Shown: positions 7,989 through 16,522 of the stretch, in pieces
Numbering within the stretch: the first letter of the stretch is position 1
Layout of the letters: every line of letters begins with the position of its first letter
Assembly (NCBI GenBank): GCA_030587475.2
Contig: JAUQYZ020000242.1
Span: forward strand, 1-22,486
Reading direction: 5' to 3'
From: Candidatus Sigynarchaeum calidifontis
Lineage (GTDB): Archaea; Asgardarchaeota; Lokiarchaeia; Sigyniarchaeales; Sigyniarchaeaceae
Length of the DNA stretch: 22,486 nt
Translations under genes and position numbers: made by a program
Notes under the pieces: model-generated
What the model saw: only the letters and a program-made list of their open reading frames with translations
The model's database searches: none
What the model was told of the DNA's origin: nothing

Positions 7989-10112
7989 TCATTCCTCTTT
8001 GATGGTTCTTTCCATAGTTGATTTTTGCTGGAACGTGATGGTGCTTAATCCCGTTTGGGTATTTTTCGAAATCTTGAATGTATGGGGATTGATTCCTTCG
8101 GGAATACTCGTGTGGGTTATCAAGAAGATCTGGGTGAATTCTTTCTGGTTTTCCAGAGTTGTCAAGATTTGAGCACGGCGCTCCTCGTCAAGCGCTGCGA
8201 GAGGCTCGTCGAGGATCATGAAATTGACCTTTGGATTCAACTTTGGTGAATCCTTGGTTGGCCGAATTCTTGTCATTAGCTGAGAAATACCGATGCGGAG
8301 CGCAAAACCAAGTGCAACCCTGTCACCGCCACTGATTTTCCCCTCGCTTACATCTTTCGAGATTTTTGCATATTCATCATACACGCTTAGCGATATTCCT
8401 TTTCCATCCTTGACGCTGGTCATGTTAATCGAAGAGTATTGACCACCCGTGAAATAGGACAGAAACTTGTTCGTGGTGTGTTGGATATTTACGATCAAGC
8501 ATTTTTCAACCATGTATTCAGTGATGAAAGCCTTCACGAGATCCTTGTTTTTCTCGATATGCCGAATTCGCTTGGATAGAGAATCCCTCTCCGCGGACAA
8601 GTTTTTCATTTTTTCCATTTCTTTTCGATATTTCTCCACTTGCGCTTTCAACGCTTCGATTGCAGTATTAGAGTTTTCGACCATTCCTCTGGCAGTTTGA
8701 ACGGTAGTTTCGGCAACAGCGATCTTTTCCTTTAACATGTCAAGGGATGACACGCCATAACGCTTTACCAATTCTTGTTCACTTGCCACGCCCAGTGCCT
8801 TGAAGGAGTCAGCCAGGAGATTGATGCTGGTATCAAGATCCCTTGTAATGGTATTTTTTTCTTCGATCAACTTGTTGTATTCGACTAATACTCGATTGAC
8901 CGCGTCAATGGTGGCGATTTTTTCATCGATGATTTCGATTTCCTTTTCAATCATCTTGTATTCGCTGTTGATCTTATCTACGATCGATTGGTTGCGCTTG
9001 ATCTCGGCATCCCATTCCGAGATCAACCGATTTGCCTCTTGAATCGAAATCTCGCGGTAACACGTGGGACACTTGGATTTGTCTCTGCCATTCTCAAACT
9101 TGAATCTCGATTTGAGCTGTTTTTTATTAGTCTCGATCATGCTGATGATGCCAGTAAATTTCCCTTTTTCTGCAGATTTTTCGTTTTTTTCAGCGTCCTT
9201 TCCCTTCCGGTCAAGTTTTAATTTGGCTATGCTGGCATTGTTCGTCTCGATAATATCCGCAATGTTTTTTTCATTTATCGACGGGTTGATCATGCTCCGC
9301 TGTTTAGCGAGCTTGGAATTCACATCATCAAGCCGGGCTTTCTTGAACTCTATGTCTCGCTTGATTTGTTCCACTTTCTTTAACGTCTCGCGCTTTGGAA
9401 GAGCTCCAAGCTCGGTTTCGGCAGTTTTCAATTCTTGCATCCTTTTTTCGAGATTGATTGACTCGTTTTCCAGCTCGACTTGTTTTTCATCGATCTCGGC
9501 TTGCAATCGTTCGGGGGGAACAAAGACACGCTGGATTTCATTAATTCGAGAGTCGGCTTTGCCTTGAATTTCTTTCAAATACGCGATGGCATCTGATGCT
9601 ATATCGAGATGAAAGAGATCGACAATCATGTCCCTTAATTCTGCAGGAGAGGCTCGTGCGAGGCTCTCAATCTCCCCTTGACGCACGAATACGGTTTTCA
9701 TTGCATTTTCAACATCTATCTGGAGGATGGCCGGGATCGATATCGTGGTATCTGGAATTAATTTGCCACCCTTTTTCACGAAAATGTTCTCGATATGCTT
9801 CTTGTTTCCTTTTCTTTTGAAAGTCCGTTGGATTAGATAATCAACTCCATCGACTTCGAAGGCAACCTTGATTTCTGCTTGTTCTTTTCCATATGTGATG
9901 AGATCGTCGATTTTCAAGGTCGATGCTTCGGGCCCAAATATGCCGACCATGATCCCTTCGACGAGCGAGGATTTGCCGAAGCTGTTTGATTTCTCCGGGG
10001 TAACACCTTGGATGAGATGCAAGCCTTGCGGCAAAATCTCGTTCGAATTGGAAGGTGCCACGACATCAGGGAAGCACTTGAAATTCGTCAACTCAAGCCT
10101 TTTCAGAATCAT
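7989..10112 (-). CDS. rad50: Rad50/SbcC SMC-like ATPase with zinc hook
   Basis: N-terminus MILKRLELTNFKCF (ATG 10112, preceded by GAGGCGGGGT), P-loop SNSFGKSS, Q-loop FVRQGEI, coiled coils, central CPTC hook (9060-9071), signature ISGGDR, Walker B/D-loop FMILDEPLAALD, and H-switch LITH. 707 aa; overlaps the 3' end of mre11. Confidence 0.93.
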   Translation of the reverse strand: MILKRLELTNFKCFPDVVAPSNSNEILPQGLHLIQGVTPEKSNSFGKSSLVEGIMVGIFGPEASTLKIDDLITYGKEQAEIKVAFEVDGVDYLIQRTFKRKGNKKHIENIFVKKGGKLIPDTTISIPAILQIDVENAMKTVFVRQGEIESLARASPAELRDMIVDLFHLDIASDAIAYLKEIQGKADSRINEIQRVFVPPERLQAEIDEKQVELENESINLEKRMQELKTAETELGALPKRETLKKVEQIKRDIEFKKARLDDVNSKLAKQRSMINPSINEKNIADIIETNNASIAKLKLDRKGKDAEKNEKSAEKGKFTGIISMIETNKKQLKSRFKFENGRDKSKCPTCYREISIQEANRLISEWDAEIKRNQSIVDKINSEYKMIEKEIEIIDEKIATIDAVNRVLVEYNKLIEEKNTITRDLDTSINLLADSFKALGVASEQELVKRYGVSSLDMLKEKIAVAETTVQTARGMVENSNTAIEALKAQVEKYRKEMEKMKNLSAERDSLSKRIRHIEKNKDLVKAFITEYMVEKCLIVNIQHTTNKFLSYFTGGQYSSINMTSVKDGKGISLSVYDEYAKISKDVSEGKISGGDRVALGFALRIGISQLMTRIRPTKDSPKLNPKVNFMILDEPLAALDEERRAQILTTLENQKEFTQIFLITHTSIPEGINPHTFKISKNTQTGLSTITFQQKSTMERTIKEE

Positions 10113-11391
10113 CTGATGATACCCCGCCTCGCTTTTTAAGGGCCGCGTTAATGGCATCCATGGCAATATCAGTCAACAAATCCATTTCATAACCATCCTC
10201 TGCCTTTACCTTGGTCTTGACAAATTCCAGGAATTCTTGCTTGGGATCCTTTAGGATATACTCGTCGACGATCTTTGCGGCAGGGGTCATTTCAACTTGC
10301 TTTTGCAGATTTTTTTGCTCGAATCGGAGTTGTAGGACATTGTACTCGTGTCCGTTCAAGATTTGCGCCTTCAAGTTATCGAGTTCGGCCTCGAGACCCC
10401 AGAATTGCTTGAGAGACGTGGCACCTGAAAAAATAACTTTCAAGATGGCAGCCGTATTTCCGTCCCATTCCACTGCCTTGAATTTTTCCAATTCTCGCTT
10501 CACCAGCGACACGATTTCGGCTGTAGACATCGCTGGTTTAATGTCGACTTGAATGACAGATATCTCCCTGTTTTGTACAAGGGCATTCTTGATGACGAAG
10601 GGTTCTTCTGACTTGTTCGAGATTCGGACTTCAAGAAACGTGTTTTCGGCACCAATTTCCCCGAAAGTGACCGGAGCAAGAGATCCCGGATAATAGGCAC
10701 GTTTTGAAATTTCCCTGTATCCATGTTCATGACCAAGAGCAAAATAATCATAATCAAACGAGAGGATCCGTGGATGCATTGTTTCGTCAATAGTTGAACC
10801 ATGCACGATAGCAATGTTAATTTCCTCGCCACTTGGCCGCTGGTTCTCGAGCCATTCTTCATAAGCGTGCTGGTAATCCTTTGATTGAGTATAATCAAAA
10901 TACGGGAACAAGTACAAGTTGACATGTTTAGAAGGAATCTTGTGAACCAATGGTTTGTTCTCGGAGATACTCTTTTTGAGGTCCCAGATGGAATAATACG
11001 ATATGAGCCCCGGGAACGCGGTCAAAATACTTTCCATTGGGCTATACCTGTACCCTTGGTACACCCCATGATTGCCATCAATCGCGATTATGGGAATTGT
11101 TTCCCCCGTCTTTTTAAAAAAATTACTCAATGTCTCAACGAGGACGCGCCTGGCAGGTTCGGGTGGCGTGCTTGGGTTGCTTGCAAATGGTACGTGAAAT
11201 ATATCTCCAGCATGAATGATAAAATCGATTCTATCCTTGTTGGTAATCGTGTAATTTAAAACATCCTTCCACCGCGAATATATGTCATTTTCATACCAGC
11301 GAACCCTCTGGAGTTCGAACCAATCATCCCGGGAATCCTTGTCCCACCGAAACCCAAGATGCGTGTCTGCCGTGTGTATAAAAACGACCAT
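10093..11391 (-). CDS. mre11: Mre11/SbcD calcineurin-like nuclease
   Basis: Phosphoesterase motifs FIHTADTHLG, HAGDIFH, DGNHG, IVHG, ALGHEH and YYPGSL. An AGGTGG SD lies upstream, and the gene is adjacent to rad50. Confidence 0.93.
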   Translation of the reverse strand: MVVFIHTADTHLGFRWDKDSRDDWFELQRVRWYENDIYSRWKDVLNYTITNKDRIDFIIHAGDIFHVPFASNPSTPPEPARRVLVETLSNFFKKTGETIPIIAIDGNHGVYQGYRYSPMESILTAFPGLISYYSIWDLKKSISENKPLVHKIPSKHVNLYLFPYFDYTQSKDYQHAYEEWLENQRPSGEEINIAIVHGSTIDETMHPRILSFDYDYFALGHEHGYREISKRAYYPGSLAPVTFGEIGAENTFLEVRISNKSEEPFVIKNALVQNREISVIQVDIKPAMSTAEIVSLVKRELEKFKAVEWDGNTAAILKVIFSGATSLKQFWGLEAELDNLKAQILNGHEYNVLQLRFEQKNLQKQVEMTPAAKIVDEYILKDPKQEFLEFVKTKVKAEDGYEMDLLTDIAMDAINAALKKRGGVSSDDSEKA

Positions 11392-11654
11392 TTACATGCC
11401 ACCTTGATGCTTGGCCTCTCCTCGATAAAGTTTATTTTAGTATTCAATCTACTTGATAAATATAAGGCTTATTAATTTAACAAGTTTAGCAATTCTTTAC
11501 TCATGATGAATGCAATCAAAGCGTTTTGGTCGTAAAGTAATTGTTTTGATAATGCACCGAATCGTGATCTTATAAGGAAATCCACACCATCGAATTTCTG
11601 GCCTCTCGACCAAAATCATTATCAATTTTCACTTTGAAATTTTACGCGTGAGAA
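11392..11654. promoter_or_regulatory. AT-rich divergent promoter region between mre11 and the MBL hydrolase
   Basis: Minus-strand TTATATTTA TATA-like element near 11457-11465 and SD AGGTGG at 11399-11404. An imperfect palindrome TTTCA-CTT-TGAAA lies near 11627-11639. Confidence 0.5.
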
Positions 11655-12500
11655 ATGATGGGTGAAGTCACGCTCACGTGGAACGCGACCGCGAACTTGC
11701 GGGTCGAATGGCAAGGACACGCCATCTTTTTCGACCCTTGGTTTTCACGGAACGAGAAATCGGATCCGAAGATTAAGAACACTATCGATTTCGTCGATGA
11801 TGACGCTTCCATCTTCATGTCCCATGGCCACTTCGACCACTTGCAAGATGTCCCCGCGATCTTGCTGAAAAAGAAAAAAGTGAACGTGTATTGCTCGCCC
11901 GTCGCCAAGGCCACGATCGAGAGGCAATTGCGAGCGATGGCTGGCGTGCCCATCCCGGACCTCGCGTGGTGCATCGACCGGGTTCACGCTATTGCCGCGG
12001 GGGACGTGATAACCCACCGGGGCAGTGACATCAAGGTGGAGGCCATCAAGTCCGAGCATATCAGGTTCGACGCGAGGTCGATCCTGCAAGCGCTCTTCAA
12101 TCTCGAGGTCTGGAAGAAGATCAAATCGCTGCGTGGCAGCCTCAAGGACTACCCCAAGGGCGACGTGTTCGGGTACGACGTGCACTTCGGTTCAGAAGGC
12201 CGCCTCGTGTTCTTCGGGAGCTTGTGCAAGAAATATCCCGAGATCTTGAGGATGCACGCGGAGCCAGATATACTCGTGATCCCAGTCGCAGGACGCTTCG
12301 ACTGCGACAAGATCGGGCTGGAGGTCACTCGGATCGTCTCCCCGAAGGTCGTGATCCCCGTCCACCACGATGATTTCTACCCGCCCATCACGTATTGGAC
12401 GCCCGTGGCCGCGCTGAAGGAGGGCGCAAGGAATCTCGATCCACCCGTGCGATACGTCGAGTTGCCCGTGGAAAAAGCGGAAACTTTCCCCATCGGCTGA
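11655..12500 (+). CDS. Metallo-beta-lactamase-fold hydrolase (UlaG/UPF0173-like)
   Basis: Motifs IFFDPWF, SHGHFDH (HxHxDH), KSEH and VIPVHHDDF. Confidence 0.9.
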   Translation: MMGEVTLTWNATANLRVEWQGHAIFFDPWFSRNEKSDPKIKNTIDFVDDDASIFMSHGHFDHLQDVPAILLKKKKVNVYCSPVAKATIERQLRAMAGVPIPDLAWCIDRVHAIAAGDVITHRGSDIKVEAIKSEHIRFDARSILQALFNLEVWKKIKSLRGSLKDYPKGDVFGYDVHFGSEGRLVFFGSLCKKYPEILRMHAEPDILVIPVAGRFDCDKIGLEVTRIVSPKVVIPVHHDDFYPPITYWTPVAALKEGARNLDPPVRYVELPVEKAETFPIG

Positions 12501-12514
12501 GCGAGCGGCGGCAC

Positions 12515-13552
12515 CTATGCTTGCAAGACCAGCAAGTTCACGAGCATGGCAGCGGAAAAAAGTACCGTCATTGCCGTAGAAGAAACACAATTCATCTTTC
12601 CATTTCGCAAGATCATCATGATGCTCACGAATGCTACCACGAGCAAAGCGAGATTCCAAGCCAGAGATGGCGCGATGGGCACGTTGCCGTCGACGATGAC
12701 CGAGATGCCGTAGGTCAAGCCGAGGTTGCACGCGGTTTTCATCAGCAAGCTCCCGATGCCGACCTCTGGGATCTTGCGCCGGGCACTCTTGAACGCGATC
12801 ACGAACTCCTCTGCGTTAACACCGAGGGCAACGATGACGTAGCCGACGACGTGCTGCGAGATGCCCAGGCCGTCGATGACACCTTGAAGACCATCGCCGA
12901 GTACCCATGCCCCTGTCGAAACCATGATGGCTGCCACGACCATCATCAACACCTTGCGATTGGTGGCAACCGCTTCGCTGGCGGGTTGGCTTTCTCTTGA
13001 TTCAACAGGGTCGCCGTCGGGATCCTCGTTTTCCAGCTCGACGTGGCCATCGAGGATCTTATCGAGATCGCCCGTTGGCGTGGTAACAGTCATCTTCCGG
13101 ACGAACCACGCGTTATACGCGAGTAAACATGCATACAAGGCAATGGTGGCGATGCCAAGGAATGAAAAAGAGAGGCCGAAGGAGGCTTTCGAGTAAATGG
13201 AAACCACGATGACGAGCAGCTGCCCCACGATGGTAATGATGAACGGGCGAGGTACCTTTTTCACGCGGTAAGCAAGAAAAAAGCCGGGGATGGCCAAGGG
13301 AATGGTAAGTGCGATGGTGTTATTACCGATCGCGTTGCCGACGGCGACCGTCGGGTAACCCAGGATGGCCGCCGCGATGGATGCAATGATCTCCTCCACG
13401 TCGATCCCGAACGAGATTGCTCCCAGAAGATAGGGGGACAAGCGCCGCTTCTCGATCAATTCCTTGGCATTGTCCATGAACCAGTCCACACCCAAGATGA
13501 TGAGGGCGAAGCCTCCGAAAAAGGCAAGTGTTTGCAAAACAACTTCGGCCAT
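12515..13552 (-). CDS. CaCA-family (YrbG/NCX-like) cation:cation antiporter with divergent alpha repeats
   Basis: Two hydrophobic halves joined by an acidic loop. The alpha-repeat equivalents are SFGIDVEEIIAS…AVGNAIGNN and ALGVNAEEFVIA…GIGSLL. Start ATG 13552 (alternative GTG 13564). Confidence 0.82.
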   Translation of the reverse strand: MAEVVLQTLAFFGGFALIILGVDWFMDNAKELIEKRRLSPYLLGAISFGIDVEEIIASIAAAILGYPTVAVGNAIGNNTIALTIPLAIPGFFLAYRVKKVPRPFIITIVGQLLVIVVSIYSKASFGLSFSFLGIATIALYACLLAYNAWFVRKMTVTTPTGDLDKILDGHVELENEDPDGDPVESRESQPASEAVATNRKVLMMVVAAIMVSTGAWVLGDGLQGVIDGLGISQHVVGYVIVALGVNAEEFVIAFKSARRKIPEVGIGSLLMKTACNLGLTYGISVIVDGNVPIAPSLAWNLALLVVAFVSIMMILRNGKMNCVSSTAMTVLFSAAMLVNLLVLQA

Positions 13553-13577
13553 GGAGACGACCACTCGCAGTGAAAGC

Positions 13578-14999
13578 TCATCTTTCCTTCGTCCGTGCTT
13601 TAAACTCTTCTGCTCGACGGGCGAGTGTTTCCTTCACCTTATTATAATCGGATCTGACGGTCCAACAACCAACCAAGCAAAGTATACCCATGGGAATGAA
13701 GAACAGCAGCGCGATTATGATACTCCACAAATAATTTATTGGCTCCGGGTAGAGCAAGAGAAATGCTGAAGCAATCACGGGTAGAAAGAGACTACCGATG
13801 CCACGCCCGACACCATTAATGAGATTGGCGAGGCCGAACATGGTTCCACGGTGCTCGGGCAGGTTCACGTCCCCGATCAACGCGAACCAATTCGGCGCGG
13901 TCGCGGAGAGCATCGCCGATGCGCCTACTGAGACCAAGAACATGGCAAGGAATGGCGGGTTGTTGCCCAGCTGGTACAGCAGGCCGTTGATAATCCCGAA
14001 CGTGTCCGAAACGCCCGCCAGTGCCGAAAGGTTGAAGGGGATGAGGAGCATGAGTACAAAGAGCGGAATGCCCGCGAGGGAGAACACGCCGGCAACCAGC
14101 GGCCGGGCAACCTGGGTCCGCTTGAGGAGCTTGTCGGTGAACCAACCTATCGGTATACTAAAGATACCACCAATCGCGAACAAACCAGCAACGATGTTGC
14201 CCGCGAACCCGGCTGCGTAATCGGTAAGACCTTGATCCCTAAATTTTTGGGTAAAGATATACGGTAACCATGTCAACGAACCCCAGAATATCTGCCCGAT
14301 CATCCCCGTGAGCATGATGAGGATGTTGGTTTTGTTCTTGAAGATGAAGATGAAATCAGCCCCTTTAATCTTGTAATCATAATCCACGTCCTTCAGCTCC
14401 TTTTCCGTTGCACCGCGCTTTGGATCGAGCGTGAAAAAATACAACCCGATCATGCCGAAACCGACGAGCGAAAATATGAAGAAAGGCTGCCACCATCCAG
14501 AAGCTTCTTTAACGAGGATAGCGGCAACTGCCTTGCCAACCGCTGTCCCGAGACCTTGTGATAACCCCCAGAAACCGAGGGCCATGCCACGCCGTTCAGG
14601 CGCGACGAAATCGACGATAATCGAGAACCCAACGCTGGCAATGCATGCCAGCCCGATGCCCGCAATACATTGGACAACCAGCCAGAATATCGCATTCAAG
14701 ACAAGCGGTGTTAATATAAGAGAACCGCTCCAGATCAATGTCCCGACAAGCAGCAATCTCTTCCTATTGCCTTTATCACCCCAGAAACCCCATAATACAG
14801 ATAAACCAGCCACGATCCAGATGAGGAGTGAATTCACGAACCCGAGAAAGTCGGGCCTATCCAATCCGAACACGTCCTCCATGGCCCAATATACAGATGA
14901 GGCCATATCGAGCACGCAGTTATCGATGGACGCGAGGATGATGAAAACCGTGATGGTAAAGAGCCGCAAGAACGCGGATGTCTTGGGGGGCATTTCCAT
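13578..14999 (-). CDS. MFS transporter
   Basis: About 12 TM segments, motif A-like WGFWGDKGNRKRLL, DFVAPERRGMALG, second-half GWFTDKL, and DVNLPEHRGTMFG. Confidence 0.92.
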   Translation of the reverse strand: MEMPPKTSAFLRLFTITVFIILASIDNCVLDMASSVYWAMEDVFGLDRPDFLGFVNSLLIWIVAGLSVLWGFWGDKGNRKRLLLVGTLIWSGSLILTPLVLNAIFWLVVQCIAGIGLACIASVGFSIIVDFVAPERRGMALGFWGLSQGLGTAVGKAVAAILVKEASGWWQPFFIFSLVGFGMIGLYFFTLDPKRGATEKELKDVDYDYKIKGADFIFIFKNKTNILIMLTGMIGQIFWGSLTWLPYIFTQKFRDQGLTDYAAGFAGNIVAGLFAIGGIFSIPIGWFTDKLLKRTQVARPLVAGVFSLAGIPLFVLMLLIPFNLSALAGVSDTFGIINGLLYQLGNNPPFLAMFLVSVGASAMLSATAPNWFALIGDVNLPEHRGTMFGLANLINGVGRGIGSLFLPVIASAFLLLYPEPINYLWSIIIALLFFIPMGILCLVGCWTVRSDYNKVKETLARRAEEFKARTKER

Positions 15000-15046
15000 A
15001 GGGTGCGCCGTAAAGGATGTGGTTATTTTGTGTTTCCAATCATGCC

Positions 15047-15053
15047 TTTATAA
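15047..15053. promoter_or_regulatory. Candidate TATA box (TTTATAA) in an 80-bp divergent intergenic region
   Basis: TTTATAA ends 27 nt before ATG 15080, consistent with a leaderless mRNA. It reads TTATAAA on the minus strand toward the MFS gene. Confidence 0.5.
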
Positions 15054-15079
15054 CACGTTCGGGGTTTATTCGATTGACG

Positions 15080-15586
15080 ATGCAATTCATCACGCACGCG
15101 TTTTCTGGCATCTTCATGATGGCCTTGATCCAGGCACTCGTCCCGGTCGCGTGGCTCCGATACGTGCTCATGCTGCCGTCCGGGATCTTGTTGCATTTCC
15201 TGGTCGACGGGCTCGTGGACATCACGTACCACCCGCCCAATCCGCGCTTGCAAGACCCGTTTTGGAAGGGCTGGCACGCCGTCGTCATCGCCGGCTCGAT
15301 ACTCGTGGCGATCGTCTTCTGGGTGCCGTATTTCTGGGGCGTGTTCTTCGCTTGCACCGTGGACATCGTCGATTGGGGCATCACGCGGCCGGTTTGCGTG
15401 CTCAAGAAAGTGCAGCTCCCCGAGGATCCCAACTTGTACCCCCGGTACTTCATTCATCACTGGATAGGGCGGTTCCGGTCGAGATGCTTCTCGTTCCTAC
15501 CAGACTGGAAGGAGAAGCGGCGCGGCATCCTCCCCGAGATAGCGATCTGGGTGGTCAGCACGCTTGTCGTGGTTTTTTTCCTTTGA
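15080..15586 (+). CDS. Small membrane protein, possible metal-dependent membrane hydrolase (YdjM-like motifs)
   Basis: MQFITHAFSG (MxxxTHxxxG), LLHFLVD, YHP, DIVDW and FIHHW among TM segments. The start was moved from 15017 to ATG 15080. Confidence 0.7.
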   Translation: MQFITHAFSGIFMMALIQALVPVAWLRYVLMLPSGILLHFLVDGLVDITYHPPNPRLQDPFWKGWHAVVIAGSILVAIVFWVPYFWGVFFACTVDIVDWGITRPVCVLKKVQLPEDPNLYPRYFIHHWIGRFRSRCFSFLPDWKEKRRGILPEIAIWVVSTLVVVFFL

Positions 15587-15703
15587 AACCCAGCTGGCCT
15601 CCCGATCAGGCCCCCGCGATGTATCTAGTCGAAAGCACGGGTTGTCCAGGCAAGCTCACGTTTTTAATCCGCGGGCGGGAGAGTCAATCAAATTCCTACA
15701 GAC

Positions 15704-16522
15704 ATGGTGAGCCTTATCGCGTTCTTAGCCAAGTTGCGACAGCCCTTCGAGACGAGCGACCCGGGGCGCAAGGTGGCACACGAGGTCTTGTTCATGGTGC
15801 CGGTCATCGTCGCGGTCGGTTTCTTCGGCCGGGCGGCGGCATCGGATGTCGCCTTTACTATAGTTCTCACGATAGTGTTTATCGCGACGATATTGCTTCG
15901 ATTTTTGCTCGTCAACGAAAAAGGGGACTGGTTATTCTTCGCGATCGGCATCGTCGGTGGTGGCGGCAATGACATGTCATCAATGATCAATGGCGTGTAT
16001 AACTACACGTCGCTGACCGTGCTACCATTTCTCTCGGGCTTGATGCCCGCGTGGATGATCGCCTTCTGGGGCCAGGTGTTCTTGCTGTTCCGGAAGCTGT
16101 TCAACCACCCGTGGTTCAAGGGCCCAGGCTTCAAGAAGGACAAGGATCTCTTGCACGGCTGGCTCTCCAGGAAGCTGCTCCTCGACATCATCTTGCTCGT
16201 GGTGCTCCGGATCGCTATCTACCGGACGTACTTAGACGCCATCCTGCCCGCGACGATATACGGAAGTATCGTGCTGGCACGGTTCCTGGTCTTCCGCCCC
16301 CAGAAACACGAGCTCCGCATCATCGGCATCCTCCCGTACGCGTTCGCGTTCGAGGGCTTGATGGTCGCGTTCGGGCTTTACGAGTATTACAACCCCGTGT
16401 TTCTCGGCTTGCCCGTCTGGATGTTCATCTGGTGGGCGTTCCTCGTGCCCATCGTCGTGAAGCAGGTCTTCGACATGCTCGAATACGTGCTTGAAAAAAG
16501 GACGGGGGGTGCTGCAAAATGA
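15704..16522 (+). CDS. Integral membrane protein with two internal repeats (DUF2878-like)
   Basis: Repeat 1 is RFLL…NDMSSMINGVYNY…GLMPAWMIAFW and repeat 2 is RFLV…FEGLMVAFGLYEY…GLPVWMFIWW. Its stop overlaps the next start (ATGA). Confidence 0.8.
   Translation: MVSLIAFLAKLRQPFETSDPGRKVAHEVLFMVPVIVAVGFFGRAAASDVAFTIVLTIVFIATILLRFLLVNEKGDWLFFAIGIVGGGGNDMSSMINGVYNYTSLTVLPFLSGLMPAWMIAFWGQVFLLFRKLFNHPWFKGPGFKKDKDLLHGWLSRKLLLDIILLVVLRIAIYRTYLDAILPATIYGSIVLARFLVFRPQKHELRIIGILPYAFAFEGLMVAFGLYEYYNPVFLGLPVWMFIWWAFLVPIVVKQVFDMLEYVLEKRTGGAAK

Noticed and set aside
10113-10166. Longer rad50 start
   Set aside because: It would extend the overlap into mre11. The family-typical N-terminus and the SD support ATG 10112.
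4860-11645. Calling the AT-rich block a mobile element
   Set aside because: There is no integrase, transposase, tRNA or convincing att site. The 9-bp direct repeat could be chance, and it would separate the operon from its likely promoter.
14431-15972. 513-aa plus-strand ORF
   Set aside because: It is antisense to the MFS gene, crosses the promoter and runs out of frame through two better genes. Its composition is Arg/Pro/His-rich with no motifs, so it is a shadow ORF.
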